From an uncultured Acidobacteriota bacterium (lineage in GTDB: Bacteria > Acidobacteriota > Thermoanaerobaculia > UBA5066 > Gp7-AA6): a stretch of 26,762 nucleotides of DNA. A program made the position numbers and the translations under genes. Location of the stretch: assembly GCA_963764715.1 (NCBI GenBank), contig CAVXTP010000005.1, forward strand, positions 1 to 26,762, given 5' to 3'. Shown piece by piece: positions 1-9,952 of the stretch; within the stretch, counting starts at the first letter, position 1, and the number at the start of each line of letters is the position of its first letter. The notes beneath the pieces are model-generated. The model had not been told where the DNA came from and did not search any database. It saw only the letters and a list, made by a program, of their open reading frames with translations.

Positions 1-279
1 GTCGATGTCACGGACGGGCTTCGAGGTGTCGCCCTTGGTCTTCTCGAACAGCTCCTGGAACTTCCGGTTCAGGACGTCCTTCTTCGACTTCTCGGCCTCG
101 ACCGAAGCGGCGAATTTCTTCTCGCGCTCCTCGTCCTGGCCCTTGAGCGCGCCGATGGCGTCGTCGACCGAGCCGAACTTGCGCGGCGTCTTCGGCGCCT
201 CGTGGGCGATGACGGCCTTCAGGTCGGCGTCGACCTTGAGGCGCGCGTTGCAGCAGGGGCAGAGGACGTCGAAATCCAT
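1..279 (-). CDS. Small hypothetical protein with N-terminal CPCC motif and charged helical C-terminus (runs off the window edge; not in the ORF track)
   Basis: Manual translation from ATG at 279: MDFDVLCPCCNARLKVDADLKAVIAHEAPKTPRKFGSVDDAIGALKGQDEEREKKFAASVEAEKSKKDVLNRKFQELFEKTKGDTSKPVRDID, open to position 1. Third codon positions are GC-rich. TAGACT lies 7 nt upstream of the ATG. Confidence 0.8.
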   Translation of the reverse strand, partial: MDFDVLCPCCNARLKVDADLKAVIAHEAPKTPRKFGSVDDAIGALKGQDEEREKKFAASVEAEKSKKDVLNRKFQELFEKTKGDTSKPVRDID

Positions 280-286
280 CGCGACG

Positions 287-292
287 AGTCTA
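287..292 (-). promoter_or_regulatory. Putative -10 box (TAGACT) for a leaderless transcript of the CPCC gene
   Basis: TAGACT-7 nt-ATG(279); no Shine-Dalgarno; overlaps the hslR stop codon. Confidence 0.45.
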
Positions 293-706
293 TTCCGAGT
301 CGCCCCGCTTGTGGCGGATCCGGTCGCGCCGCGTCCGCTTGTCGGGGCGTCCGGCGTCCCGGCGGGGCGCCAGCAGCCGGTCGAGCCGCCGCGCCTCGAG
401 GACCTCGGGCGGGGGCGCCGGGGTCACGTCCTCGTACAGGGCCCGCGCCGCGGCCTTCGGGATCGAGCGGTCGGCGAGGCCCCGCACGACGAGCTCGCGC
501 CGGCCGCCGGAGTCGTCGCGCGCGGCGAGGCCGATGCGGTCGCCCGGCCGGACCTCGCGGTGCGCCTTCGCGCGGGACCCGTTGACGTCGACCTTCCCGC
601 CCTCGCAGGCCTCCTTCGCCTGGCTGCGCGTCGGAAAAACGCAGGCGACGTCGAGCCAGACGTCGAGACGGACGGCCGACAGGGGCTCCGGCTCGCCCTT
701 GCCCAA
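290..706 (-). CDS. hslR: Ribosome-associated heat shock protein Hsp15 (S4 RNA-binding domain)
   Basis: VRLDVWLDVACVFPTRSQAKEACEGGKVDVNG..AK..REVRPGDRI S4 motif, A..LYED, and C-terminal GRPDKRTRR typical of Hsp15. The TTG start is uncertain. Confidence 0.85.
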   Translation of the reverse strand: MGKGEPEPLSAVRLDVWLDVACVFPTRSQAKEACEGGKVDVNGSRAKAHREVRPGDRIGLAARDDSGGRRELVVRGLADRSIPKAAARALYEDVTPAPPPEVLEARRLDRLLAPRRDAGRPDKRTRRDRIRHKRGDSE

Positions 707-707
707 G

Positions 708-1817
708 CTACGCGCTCCGGGAGGCGCCCCGTCGGGACTCGAACCAGGCCTTGAGCTCCGGGGAGGCCGCCGGGGGCTCGGCCGCGGGGCGCGCCAGGAA
801 GTAGCCCTGGGCGGCGGCGACGCCTTCCGCCGCGCACACGTCGAGGTCCTCGGCCGACTCGATGCCCTCGGCGATCAGCCGGAAGGCGAACTCCCGCGAG
901 AGGTCGGCGAGGAACTTGAGGATTGCCCGGCGGCGGGGGTCCGTCGCGATCCCGCGGGTCACCTCGCTGTCGACCTTGATGAACTCGGGCTGCAGGGCGT
1001 GGCAGAGCTGAAGCGTTCCGTAGCCGGAGGTGACGTCGTCCAGGGCGATCACCGCGCCGAGGTCGCGCGGCACGACGAGGGCGGTCGAGAGCCCGGCGGC
1101 CGCCGGCAGCGTCTCGATCTCCACGATGTCGAGCACCAGGCGCGCGAACGAGACGCCCCGCCGGTCGGCCTCCTCGCCGAGGGCCGAGAGGGCGTCCTCG
1201 GAGCGGCCGATGAGGCGCGGGTTGACGTTCAGGAAAACGAGCGCGTTCTCGGGCAGCCGCGCGACCGAGTCGAGCACGTTGGCCCAGGCGAACCGCTCGA
1301 AGGCCGGCGCGAGATTCAGCGCCTCGGCCGCCGGGAAGATCTCGGCGGCAAGCCGCATGATCCCGCGTCCGCGCGCCCGCAGGAGGCCTTCGTAGCCGAG
1401 GACCTCCCCCGTCTTCAGGTCGAAGATGGGCTGGAACTCGACGAAGAACTCCCCCGTCGAGAGCTCGTCGGCGAGCCAGAGCGCGTCGACCTCGTGCCGT
1501 GCCCGCGGCAGCGGCGTCAGGCGGCTCATCGCGTCCCACTTGGTCTGCTGCATGTCCTCGGGAGCGACGCGCACCCGCTCGGCGAGCGGTCCCAGGAGCT
1601 TCGTCAGCTCGTCGAGGAAGTGCTCGGGGGTCCGCTCGACGAGCAGCCGCCGGGCGCGCCCGTACATCGGGGCGCGGACCCAGTTCCGACCGAACGCCGC
1701 GGCCACCGCGCGCTCGGCTTCGACGCCGTCGGGCCGTACGAACACCGCGCGCGCCTTCCGCCAGCGATCAAGCCGGCCAAGGATCTGGCCGTCCAGAACG
1801 CTTCCGGATGCTTTCAC
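708..1817 (-). CDS. EAL-domain protein (putative c-di-GMP phosphodiesterase) with an unrecognised N-terminal region
   Basis: FQPIFDL..GEVLGYEGLLR, FLNV, IALDDVTSGYGTL, FIKVD, IAEGIE, AQGYFLARP. Confidence 0.9.
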   Translation of the reverse strand: MKASGSVLDGQILGRLDRWRKARAVFVRPDGVEAERAVAAAFGRNWVRAPMYGRARRLLVERTPEHFLDELTKLLGPLAERVRVAPEDMQQTKWDAMSRLTPLPRARHEVDALWLADELSTGEFFVEFQPIFDLKTGEVLGYEGLLRARGRGIMRLAAEIFPAAEALNLAPAFERFAWANVLDSVARLPENALVFLNVNPRLIGRSEDALSALGEEADRRGVSFARLVLDIVEIETLPAAAGLSTALVVPRDLGAVIALDDVTSGYGTLQLCHALQPEFIKVDSEVTRGIATDPRRRAILKFLADLSREFAFRLIAEGIESAEDLDVCAAEGVAAAQGYFLARPAAEPPAASPELKAWFESRRGASRSA

Positions 1818-1824
1818 CGATTCG

Positions 1825-1830
1825 ATTGTA
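1825..1830 (-). promoter_or_regulatory. Putative -10 box (TACAAT) for a leaderless EAL gene transcript
   Basis: TACAAT-7 nt-GTG(1817). Confidence 0.55.
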
Positions 1831-1865
1831 CGTGTTCGAACGCGGGTGGGAAGGGTTTTCTCGGA

Positions 1866-3401
1866 CTAACCGAGCGCGCGCAGGCTCGGCCACAGCGCGC
1901 GAAGCGAGGCCTTCGGCTTCCGGCAGACCCAGACGTCGAAGTGCTGGTACGGCATCGAGTACGGATGCTCCACGCGCCCGCCGTACTCGACGGACGCGAA
2001 GAGCTCCTCGAGGCGCGGCCGGTCGTCGTCGAGGACGATCAGAACCTGAGGGTCCTCGGCCGGCGGCCCCCACGCGTGGTACGCGAGATGCCCGGACAGG
2101 GCGGGCGGAAGCCCGAGCGCCGGACCGTACATGTCGATCGCGCCGGCCTGTCCGTAGTTCTGCCCGAAGACGCGGGCGTGCGCCCGCTCCTCCGGGGGCA
2201 GAGCGCGGAAGATCTCCGCCGCCTTGCCCGCCATCTCTTTCCACCCGAAACGGTCGGCGAAGAGCTGAGGCAGCGGCCCCATGCGGTGGGTCTCGATGCG
2301 CGGCAGCTCCATCCCGATCGCCCGCGCGTAACGCACGTACGCCTCGGGCGGCAGGCACGGGAGGGAGAGGGGCGCGAGAACGATCCCCGCGCCCACGAGG
2401 AGCGCGGCATACGCCGGCCGGACCCACGCGATCCGCCGGCTCCCGAAGAGCCGCTCCGCCGCCACTCCGCCCGCGGCGAAGAGCATCGGATACGCGGGCG
2501 CCAGATAGTAGACGCGGCCGTCCGTCGCGAGCAGCGTCCCGAGCACCACGAGGTAGACGATCGCGAGCACGCGGTGCCGCCGCCCGTCGGGCGCGAACAG
2601 GAGCCAGCCGAGGCCGCCGATCCACAGCGGCGCCGAGAGCGGGAGGAGAAACTGGACCTGCTGCCCGAGGAAGGCGAGGGGCGAGAGCTCGACGTTCCGG
2701 CGGTGCTGCCGGATCGCCTCCTGGAGCTCGAAGAAGGGAAATCCCTCGCGGATGTTCCAGGCGAGGTTCGGCAGGAAGACCAGGAGCGCGGCGGCCGCGC
2801 CGATCCAGACCCAGCGGCCTTTCAGGATCTCCCGCCCGCGGGCCGTCGCGACGAGCCCGACGGCCACGCCGGCGCCGAAGAGACCCATCGTGTGCTTGTT
2901 GAGCAGGCCGACGCCCGCGATCAGGCCGAAGGCCAGCCAGAGCCGCGGGTCCGCCCCGTCGAAGAGACGGACGAGGAGGATCGCGCAGCCGGTCCAGCAG
3001 AGCGGCTCCCACGCGTTCATCGTCGAGAGGCTGTGAATCGCGAGGAAGATCGGCGCGACCGCGATGCCGATCGCCGACAGGATCTGCGCCGACCGCCCGC
3101 CGCCGAGGTCGCGGGCGAGCACCCCCGTCAGAAGGACGAGCGCGGCGCCCGCGATCGCCGGGAGCAGCCGGATCGCGAAGAGCGAGCCGGGCGCGACCGC
3201 CGTCACCAGGGCCGTGACCGCCGGATGGAACGGCGGCATGTCGATGTAGCCCCACGCCAGGTGCTTCGCGCAGGCGTTGAAGTAGAGCTCGTCGACGAAG
3301 TACTCGTAGCCGAACCGGCCGGTGGTCGCGAGGTGCGCGAGGAGCTTGACGGCCGCGACGATCCAGACGCCGGCGAAGAGCCTGTCGCCCGTCGGCCTCA
3401 C
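1866..3401 (-). CDS. Glycosyltransferase family 39 / ArnT-PMT-like polytopic membrane protein
   Basis: C-terminal part of ORF 1866..5138. The true start is probably GTG at 3401, overlapping the acs stop (GTGA). Motifs: [24 protein letters not shown], many TM helices, [32 protein letters not shown]. Confidence 0.85.
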   Translation of the reverse strand: MRPTGDRLFAGVWIVAAVKLLAHLATTGRFGYEYFVDELYFNACAKHLAWGYIDMPPFHPAVTALVTAVAPGSLFAIRLLPAIAGAALVLLTGVLARDLGGGRSAQILSAIGIAVAPIFLAIHSLSTMNAWEPLCWTGCAILLVRLFDGADPRLWLAFGLIAGVGLLNKHTMGLFGAGVAVGLVATARGREILKGRWVWIGAAAALLVFLPNLAWNIREGFPFFELQEAIRQHRRNVELSPLAFLGQQVQFLLPLSAPLWIGGLGWLLFAPDGRRHRVLAIVYLVVLGTLLATDGRVYYLAPAYPMLFAAGGVAAERLFGSRRIAWVRPAYAALLVGAGIVLAPLSLPCLPPEAYVRYARAIGMELPRIETHRMGPLPQLFADRFGWKEMAGKAAEIFRALPPEERAHARVFGQNYGQAGAIDMYGPALGLPPALSGHLAYHAWGPPAEDPQVLIVLDDDRPRLEELFASVEYGGRVEHPYSMPYQHFDVWVCRKPKASLRALWPSLRALG

Positions 3402-5353
3402 GCGTCGCGATCCTCGTACTTCTTCTTGAGCGTCGCGACGACGCCCGCGTCGGCCAGCGTCGTCGTGTCGCCCAGCACCCGGCCCTCGGCGAGGTCTCGC
3501 AGCAGCCGCCGCATGATCTTGCCGGAACGCGTCTTGGGCAGGTCCGCGACGAAAAAGAGCTTGTCCGGCCGCGCGATCGCACCGATCTTCTTGCCGACGT
3601 GGCCGCGGATCTCCGCGTTCAGGTCCCGATCGGCCGCCCGGGCGGATTCCCTCAGGATGCAGAAGGCCGCGATCGCCGTGCCCTTGAGCTCGTCGGCGAC
3701 CCCGACGACGGCGGCCTCCGCGACGGCGGGATGGTCGACCAGCGCGGACTCGACCTCCATCGTGCCGATCCGGTGGCCCGCCACGTTCATCACGTCGTCG
3801 ACCCGGCCGAGCAGCCAGAAGTTGCCGTCGGCGTCGCGCTTGGCCCCGTCCCCCGGGAAGTAGACGTCGCGGCCCCAGCGCGACCAGTAGGTGCGGACGT
3901 AGCGCTCGTCGTCGCCCCAGATCCCGCGGAGCATGGCGGGCCACGGCCGGGTGATCGCCAGGTACCCGCCCCCGACCTCGACCTCGCGGCCGTCGGTGTC
4001 GAGGATCTTCGCTTCGACCCCCGGGAAGGGACGCGTGGCGGAGCCGGGGCGCGTCGTCGTGACGCCGGGCAGCGGCGAGATCAGGATCATGCCGGTCTCC
4101 GTCTGCCACCACGTGTCGACGACCGGGCACCGGCCGCCGCCGATGTGCTTCTGGTACCAGATCCACGCCTCGGGGTTGATCGGCTCGCCGACCGAGCCGA
4201 GCAGGCGCAGCGACGACAGGTCGTGCTTCTCGGGCCACTCCGTGCCCCACTTCATGAACGCCCGGATCGCCGTCGGCGCCGTGTACAGGATCGTGACGCC
4301 GTGGCGCTCGATCAGCTCCCAGAAGCGGCCGCGTGTCGGCATGTCGGGGGCGCCCTCGTACATCAGGCACGTCGCGCCGTTGGCGAGCGGGCCGTACACC
4401 ACGTAGGAATGTCCCGTGACCCAGCCGATGTCGGCGGTGCACCAGTAGACGTCCTCGTCCTTGAGGTCGAAGATCCACTTCGACGTGGCGTAGGCGCCGA
4501 CGAGGTAGCCGCCGGTCGTGTGCAGGATTCCCTTGGGTTTGCCGGTCGTGCCGGACGTGTAGAGGATGTACAGCGGGTCCTCCGCGTCCATCTTCTCGGG
4601 GGGGCAGCCGGCCGGCGCCTCCTTCATGAGGTCGTGCCACCAGCGGTCCCGGCCGCCGTGCATGGCCGCGTCCGCTCCGGTTCGCCGGACGACGACGACG
4701 TGCTCGATCGAAGGCGCGTCCGCCAGCGCCTCGTCGGCGATCTGCTTGAGCGGCACCGCGTGGCCGCGCCGCCAGCCGCCGTCGGCCGTCACGAGGACCC
4801 TCGCGCCCTGGTCGTTGATCCGGTCCCGGAGCGACTCGGCCGAGAAGCCGCCGAAGACCACGGAGTGGATCGCCCCGATGCGCGCGCAGGCGAGCATCGC
4901 GACGGGAAGCTCCGGGATCATCGGGAGGTAGAGCGTGACGCGGTCGCCCTTCTTCACGCCGAGCGACTTCAGGACGTTCGCGAACTGGCCGACCTCCCGG
5001 TGGAGATCGTGGTACGTCAGGGTGCGCCTGTCCCCCGGCTCCCCCTCCCAGATGAGCGCGGCCTTGTTGCGCCGGGCGCCGCCGAGGTGGCGGTCGAGGC
5101 AGTTGACCGAGACGTTGAGCTTGCCGCCGACGAACCACTTCGCCTTCGGCGGCTTCCAGTCGAGGACCTTCTTCCAGGGCTTGAACCAGTCGAGCTCTTT
5201 CGCAAAGCCCTCCCAGAACTTCTCGAAGTCGCGGTCGGCCTTCTTGTAAACCGATTCGCTCGAGACGTGCGCGGCCTCCGCGAAGGCCTTCGGCGGCGGG
5301 AAGCGGCGCTTCTCGAGGAGGAGGTCCTCGAGGTTCTTCTCGCGATCGCTCAC
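3398..5353 (-). CDS. acs: Acetate--CoA ligase (acetyl-CoA synthetase)
   Basis: [82 protein letters not shown]. Confidence 0.97.
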   Translation of the reverse strand: MSDREKNLEDLLLEKRRFPPPKAFAEAAHVSSESVYKKADRDFEKFWEGFAKELDWFKPWKKVLDWKPPKAKWFVGGKLNVSVNCLDRHLGGARRNKAALIWEGEPGDRRTLTYHDLHREVGQFANVLKSLGVKKGDRVTLYLPMIPELPVAMLACARIGAIHSVVFGGFSAESLRDRINDQGARVLVTADGGWRRGHAVPLKQIADEALADAPSIEHVVVVRRTGADAAMHGGRDRWWHDLMKEAPAGCPPEKMDAEDPLYILYTSGTTGKPKGILHTTGGYLVGAYATSKWIFDLKDEDVYWCTADIGWVTGHSYVVYGPLANGATCLMYEGAPDMPTRGRFWELIERHGVTILYTAPTAIRAFMKWGTEWPEKHDLSSLRLLGSVGEPINPEAWIWYQKHIGGGRCPVVDTWWQTETGMILISPLPGVTTTRPGSATRPFPGVEAKILDTDGREVEVGGGYLAITRPWPAMLRGIWGDDERYVRTYWSRWGRDVYFPGDGAKRDADGNFWLLGRVDDVMNVAGHRIGTMEVESALVDHPAVAEAAVVGVADELKGTAIAAFCILRESARAADRDLNAEIRGHVGKKIGAIARPDKLFFVADLPKTRSGKIMRRLLRDLAEGRVLGDTTTLADAGVVATLKKKYEDRDA

Positions 5354-5360
5354 GGGCGGG

Positions 5361-5366
5361 AGGATA
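5361..5366 (-). promoter_or_regulatory. Putative -10 box (TATCCT) for a leaderless acs transcript
   Basis: TATCCT-7 nt-GTG(5353); no SD. Confidence 0.45.
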
Positions 5367-5378
5367 CCGCGGCTCGAG

Positions 5379-6248
5379 TCACTTCACCGCTCCCACCGTG
5401 AACCCCTGGATCAGCCGGTCGAGGAACAGGTTGTAGACGATCGCCACGGGGACACAGGCGAAGAGGCAGGCCGCCATCAGCTCGCCCCAGTAGTAGACGT
5501 CGCCGCGGACCAGGTAGATCGGCACGCCGACGCCGACGGTCTGAAGCGAGGCCGAGGAGATGAACGTCAGCGCGTACACGAACTCCTGCAGGACCAGGGT
5601 GAAGGCGAAGATCGAGACCGTCACGAGGCCGGAGTAGGAGACGGGCACGATCACCTTCGCAAACGCGGCGAAGGGCGAGAGGCCGTCGACCATCGCCGCC
5701 TCCTGGAGATCCTTCGGAATCGACTTGAAGAAGCCCATGAGGAGCCACGTCGCGAACGGCACGGTGAAGGTCGGGTACACGACGACGAGCGCCCAGAGCG
5801 AGTCCTGCAGGCCGAGGAGAGCGACGACCCTCGACATCGGGATGAAGAGGAGGGTCGGCGGCACCAGGTACATCAGGAACATCCCGATCCCGGCGCGCTC
5901 GCCCCAGCGGCCCGTCAGCCGGGCGAGCGCCCAGGCCGCGGGCACCGCGAGGACGAGCGTGATCGCGACGACCGCGAGCCCGACGAGCGCCGTGTTGAGA
6001 ATCCATCGCGGGTAGAGCGTCTCGGCGAAGAGGAACCGCCAGTGCTCGAGGGTCGGCGCCTCGTTGAAGAGGAGCGGGTTGTTCTTGACGTCGTAGAGAT
6101 CGCTCGTGCGCTTGAGCGACGTCAGGAGCATCCAGTAGAACGGGAACGACAGGACGACGGCGAAGCCCGCGACGACCAGGCGCAGGACCCGCCGGGTGGT
6201 CCGAGGACGGGGGCCCCACCGCGCCCCCCGGCCCCCCCGCGGCCGCAT
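5379..6248 (-). CDS. Carbohydrate ABC transporter permease (MalG/UgpE-like)
   Basis: [12 protein letters not shown], several TM segments, EAA motif [20 protein letters not shown]. Confidence 0.93.
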   Translation of the reverse strand: MRPRGGRGARWGPRPRTTRRVLRLVVAGFAVVLSFPFYWMLLTSLKRTSDLYDVKNNPLLFNEAPTLEHWRFLFAETLYPRWILNTALVGLAVVAITLVLAVPAAWALARLTGRWGERAGIGMFLMYLVPPTLLFIPMSRVVALLGLQDSLWALVVVYPTFTVPFATWLLMGFFKSIPKDLQEAAMVDGLSPFAAFAKVIVPVSYSGLVTVSIFAFTLVLQEFVYALTFISSASLQTVGVGVPIYLVRGDVYYWGELMAACLFACVPVAIVYNLFLDRLIQGFTVGAVK

Positions 6249-6249
6249 C

Positions 6250-7140
6250 TCAGGTCACCTCGGTGCGCCGCGCGATCCGGAGCAGGACGACCGCGCCCGC
6301 GAGAAGCAGCGGAAAGAGGAAGAGCGAGATCGCGGCGCCGCCCGAGAGATCGCCGCCGAGGATCCCGGTGAAGAAGGCGAGCGAGGGCAGGACCTGGGTC
6401 GCGTCGGCCGGCCCGCCGCGGGTCAGGATGTAGACGGCGGTCATGTCGGTGAACGTGAAGACGACCCCGAAGAGCAGGGCCACGAGCACGATCGGCCGGA
6501 TCATCGGCAGGGTGATCGAGAAGTGGGTCCGCCAGAACCCTCCCCCGTCGACCGCGGCCGCCTCCGGGATGTCGCGCGGGATCGAGGTCAGCCCCGCCAG
6601 CAGGATCACCGTCGCGAACGGCAGCGTCCGCCACGTGTGCACGAGGACGACGGAGAGCATCGCGAGCCGCGGCTCCCCCAGCCACATCGGGGGATTCATC
6701 GGGTCGACGAGGTGCGCCGCCGCGAGCGCCCAGTTGAACACGCTGTAGATCGAGTCGAGCAGCCACTTCCAGCCGATCGCCCCGAGCGAGATCGGCGCGA
6801 CCCACGGCAGCAGGACGAGGAAACGGACGAGGCCCCGGCCGCGGAACGCCTCCTTGAGGGACAGGGCGAGGAGCGTCGCCCCGGCGATCACGAGAAGCTG
6901 CGAGGCGACCGTGAAGAGGAACGAGTGCGCGAGCGCCGCCCGGAAGGCCGGCGTGCGGAGAGCTCCGGCGAAGTTCGAGAGCCCGACGAAATGCGTCTCG
7001 TCGCTGCCGACCCGCGCGTCGCTGACCGAGAGAAAGAGCGAGAGGAGCGCCGGCAGTCCCACGAGGAGGGCGATGTAGGTGAAGGCGGGAGCGACGAGGG
7101 CCGGGCCGAGCCAGCGGCCTCCCCGGGAGCGGGCGCTCAC
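6250..7140 (-). CDS. Carbohydrate ABC transporter permease (MalF/UgpA-like)
   Basis: FVGLSNF, LLPWVAP, W..LPF..ILLAGL.SIP.DIPEAAAVDG, LTRGGP. Confidence 0.93.
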   Translation of the reverse strand: MSARSRGGRWLGPALVAPAFTYIALLVGLPALLSLFLSVSDARVGSDETHFVGLSNFAGALRTPAFRAALAHSFLFTVASQLLVIAGATLLALSLKEAFRGRGLVRFLVLLPWVAPISLGAIGWKWLLDSIYSVFNWALAAAHLVDPMNPPMWLGEPRLAMLSVVLVHTWRTLPFATVILLAGLTSIPRDIPEAAAVDGGGFWRTHFSITLPMIRPIVLVALLFGVVFTFTDMTAVYILTRGGPADATQVLPSLAFFTGILGGDLSGGAAISLFLFPLLLAGAVVLLRIARRTEVT

Positions 7141-8159
7141 GGCACGGGCGCCGGGGGACGGCGCCGGCCCGACGCGGCGTCGAAGAACCGCAGCCGCGCC
7201 TTCTCCACGCGGACGTCCTGGACCGAGCCCTCGGCCGGCGCCGGCTCCCAGGACGGGAACCGCCAGACGACCTCGCGTCCCTCCCAGCCCTCGAGCGTGC
7301 CGAAGGCGAGCTGCTCGGAGCCGAGGTACTCGGTCAGCTCGCAGCGGAACCGGAACCGCGCGTCATCGGGGCCGCCCGCGCCGGTCCGCACGTGCTCGGG
7401 CCGGAAGCCGACGACGACGCCGTCCCGCTCGAGGAGATTCATCGGCGGGGAGCCCAGGAACGTGGCGACGAAGGTGTCGGCGGGATCGTCGTAGACCTCG
7501 GCCGGCGTGCCGACCTGGCGCACCCGCCCGCGGTCCATGATGACGACGCGGTCGCCGAGCGCCATGGCCTCGACCTGGTCGTGCGTCACGTAGACGGCGG
7601 TCGTGCCGATCTCCCGCTGGAACTTCTGGAGCTCTTCCCGCGCCGAGGCGCGCAGCTTCGCGTCGAGATTCGAGAGGGGCTCGTCGAGGAGGAAGACCTG
7701 GGGCTCGCGGACGAGGGCGCGCGCGAGAGCGACGCGCTGCCGCTCGCCGCCCGAGAGCTCCCGGGGCTTGCGCCGCAGGAGAGGAACAAGGCCGAACTTG
7801 CCGGCCGCCCAGCCGACCTTGCCCTCGTGCTCGCTCTTCGGGACCCCCTGGGCCTTCAGCGGGAAGGCGATGTTCTCGTAGACCGTGAGGTGCGGATAGA
7901 GCGCGTAGCTCTGGAAGACCATCGCGATGCCGCGCTCGCGGGGCGTCAGATCGTTGACGACCTTTCCCCCGATCAGGATCTCGCCGGAGCTCGGCTCCTC
8001 GAGGCCCGCGATCATCCGCAGGACGGTCGTCTTGCCGGAGCCCGACGGGCCGAGCAGAACGAGGAACTCCCCGTCGCGGGTCTCGATGTCGACGCCGTCG
8101 ACGGCGTTCTCCCCGGCGCCGAACCGCTTGGTCAGCGCGCGCGTCGCGACGATCGCCAT
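7137..8159 (-). CDS. ABC transporter ATP-binding protein (MalK/UgpC-like)
   Basis: Walker A GPSGSGKT, VFQSYALYPH, signature LSGGERQR, Walker B FLLDEPLSNLDAKLR, YVTHDQVEAM. Confidence 0.96.
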   Translation of the reverse strand: MAIVATRALTKRFGAGENAVDGVDIETRDGEFLVLLGPSGSGKTTVLRMIAGLEEPSSGEILIGGKVVNDLTPRERGIAMVFQSYALYPHLTVYENIAFPLKAQGVPKSEHEGKVGWAAGKFGLVPLLRRKPRELSGGERQRVALARALVREPQVFLLDEPLSNLDAKLRASAREELQKFQREIGTTAVYVTHDQVEAMALGDRVVIMDRGRVRQVGTPAEVYDDPADTFVATFLGSPPMNLLERDGVVVGFRPEHVRTGAGGPDDARFRFRCELTEYLGSEQLAFGTLEGWEGREVVWRFPSWEPAPAEGSVQDVRVEKARLRFFDAASGRRRPPAPVP

Positions 8160-8168
8160 GCGGGCGGG

Positions 8169-8174
8169 ATTCTA
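8169..8174 (-). promoter_or_regulatory. Putative -10 box (TAGAAT) upstream of the ABC ATPase gene
   Basis: TAGAAT-9 nt-ATG(8159); its TAG is the stop codon of the upstream regulator remnant. Confidence 0.45.
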
Positions 8175-8527
8175 CGCGGTTCGGTCGGGATGGGCCGGCG
8201 TGTAGAAGGACGTCCCCCGGACGTTCTCGTCGATCCCGAGCTTGCGGTGAATGGGCGGGAAGGCGCGCTGGTCGCAGTCCATGCGCTCGCACAGCCGGCA
8301 GGTGATCCCGATCGGGACGGCCGCGGCGGGGTTGTTCACGTCGACGCTGTCCCCGTAGACGAGGTGGCGGGCGTGGCTGACCTCGCAGCCGAGAGAGATG
8401 GCGTGGAGGGGGTGCGCGGACCCGAAACCGCCGAGGCTCTGACTGACCGTGCGGGCGACGCAGGGTAGGTCGTCCCGTCGGGCATGCGCGAGATCTGGGT
8501 CCGGACGATGCCCGGCGTCATGAACGC
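8172..8527 (-). pseudogene. 5'-truncated, frameshifted C-terminal fragment of a short-chain fatty acyl-CoA regulator (ScfR/RamB/PrpR family, DUF2083 domain)
   Basis: Reads AFMTPGIVRTQISRMPDGTTY, then a 1-nt frameshift at ~8463, then CVARTVSQSLGGFGSAHPLHAISLGCEVSHARHLVYGDSVDVNNPAAAVPIGITCRLCERMDCDQRAFPPIHRKLGIDENVRGTSFY...*. MPDG..Y..ART, LGC....A..LVY and PIG..CR.C.R.DC.QRAFP are hallmark motifs. The HTH and central domains are absent. Confidence 0.85.
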
Positions 8528-8537
8528 GGGGGGGGGC

Positions 8538-9881
8538 TCACGCCCACTTCTTGAAGATCCGTTCCACGTCCGCGTGCGCCGTGTCGACGGCCGCCCGGGG
8601 CTCGATCTCGCCGCGCGCGACGCGGGCGAACATCGTCGGGATGACGAAGGTATTGAAGACCTCGTCGATCGCGGCCGTCGCGTAGCCCGGGAACCCGACG
8701 TTGGTCGCCCAGTCGAGGACGCCCGCGAGCGCCGTGTACTTGCCGGGCGGGTCGGCCTTCGGGTCCTTCGCCAGCCGGTCCGCCAGGTCCGGGACCGTGT
8801 CGGGATAACAGGGGAAGTTGTAGAACTCGCTCTTCGAGAAGACCTCCGCGAAGTGGCCGACGAGATCGACCAGGAACTGCTTCGCCCCGTCGATGTTCTG
8901 GGCGAACTTCCAGATGACGTAGCAGTTCATGACGTGCTCGGCCGCGATCCGGCGGACGGGGCCCTGCAGGGCCGGCACGAGGCCGATCTTCTTCGCGATC
9001 GCCGGGTTGTCCTTCTCCGCCGTCCGCGTGACCGAGATGGCGTTGCACACGAAGGAGGCGCGGCCGGCGAGCATCATGCGGTTGTTGGAGGCCGGGTCCC
9101 AGGTGAAGACCTCCGGCGTCATCGTCTCCTTGTAGAGGGCGCGCACGAACTCGAGCGCCGCGACGGTCTCCTTCGAGCGCAGCGCCGGCCGCCCTTCCTC
9201 GTCCTGCACGGCGCCGCCGAAGGACCACAGCACGCCCCGCAGCGCCATGTTCGAGTCCATCTCCTGCGACAGGCCGAGGCCGACGGGGTTGCCGAACTTC
9301 TCCCGGATCTGCCGCCCCCCCGAGCGCAGGTCCTCCCAGGTGCTCGGGCCGTTCGGGTAGCCGACCTGGTCCCAGAGGTCGATGCGGTAGTTGCCGGGGT
9401 CCGGAACGAAGGAGTCGGAGAACGCGAAGTACTTTCCGCTCTTCGGGTTCAGCGTCGACTTGCGGGCCAGCGGGATCATCTTCCCGTGCCGGCGCTCGAC
9501 CTCGTCCACGATCTCCTTGAGATCGATGACCTGCGCCTCGTAGGCCGCCGGCGGCGAGATGAAGAGAAAGAGATCGTGGCCCTTCTTCGCGGCGGCCTCG
9601 GAAGCGCCGCGGGCGTTGATCTCGGTCGTCGACATGTGGTCGACGATGACCTCGGTCCCATTCTTCGCGCCCCACTCCTTCGTGTAGACGCCGTCGAACC
9701 AGGTGTCGTAGCCCGGGACGAAGTGGCTCCACTGGAGGATGCGGAGAGTCTTTTTCGCCGCGGACGCTTTCGTCCCGGACGGCTTGCACGCGAGCGAGGG
9801 CACCGCGCCCGCGGCGAGCGCGGCCCCGGCCGTCTTCAGGAACCGCCGCCGCGAGATCCGGGCGCGCTGTCTCTGTCTCAT
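8538..9881 (-). CDS. Extracellular solute-binding protein (sugar-type ABC), probable Tat-exported lipoprotein
   Basis: Twin-arginine SRRRFLK, hydrophobic stretch, lipobox-like SLAC; LRILQWSHFVPGYD, P.TWEDL, WDPASNN; adjacent to the ABC ATPase and permeases. Confidence 0.9.
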   Translation of the reverse strand: MRQRQRARISRRRFLKTAGAALAAGAVPSLACKPSGTKASAAKKTLRILQWSHFVPGYDTWFDGVYTKEWGAKNGTEVIVDHMSTTEINARGASEAAAKKGHDLFLFISPPAAYEAQVIDLKEIVDEVERRHGKMIPLARKSTLNPKSGKYFAFSDSFVPDPGNYRIDLWDQVGYPNGPSTWEDLRSGGRQIREKFGNPVGLGLSQEMDSNMALRGVLWSFGGAVQDEEGRPALRSKETVAALEFVRALYKETMTPEVFTWDPASNNRMMLAGRASFVCNAISVTRTAEKDNPAIAKKIGLVPALQGPVRRIAAEHVMNCYVIWKFAQNIDGAKQFLVDLVGHFAEVFSKSEFYNFPCYPDTVPDLADRLAKDPKADPPGKYTALAGVLDWATNVGFPGYATAAIDEVFNTFVIPTMFARVARGEIEPRAAVDTAHADVERIFKKWA

Positions 9882-9938
9882 CGCCGCGTGTCCTCCCGGG
9901 AGAGCTCGACGTGTCGCCGAGGAGCCCGGCGCGAAGTC

Positions 9939-9944
9939 TATAAT
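9939..9944 (+). promoter_or_regulatory. Consensus -10 box TATAAT, probable leaderless promoter of the thioredoxin-fold/AAA+/VWA operon
   Basis: Perfect TATAAT in a very GC-rich divergent intergenic region, 8 nt before GTG(9953). Confidence 0.65.
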
Positions 9945-9952
9945 CCCGGGCC

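Noticed and set aside
309-3863. 1184-aa plus-strand ORF and many other long overlapping ORFs (e.g. 10425..12743-, 18532..20559-, 14069..15946-)
   Set aside because: Antisense or alternate-frame shadows of recognisable genes, expected in very GC-rich DNA; Arg/Pro/Ala-rich with no motifs.
1866-5138. Apparent 1090-aa ORF suggesting an acs-glycosyltransferase fusion; likewise the 897-aa ORF 11276..13969
   Set aside because: The N-terminal extensions are off-frame overlaps of acs, or of the AAA+ and aldolase genes. The real starts are GTG 3401 and ATG 12884.
8528-8536. G9 tract as a phase-variation switch or readthrough fusion of SBP and regulator
   Set aside because: It lies after the SBP stop and upstream of a broken fragment; no length change would restore a complete gene.
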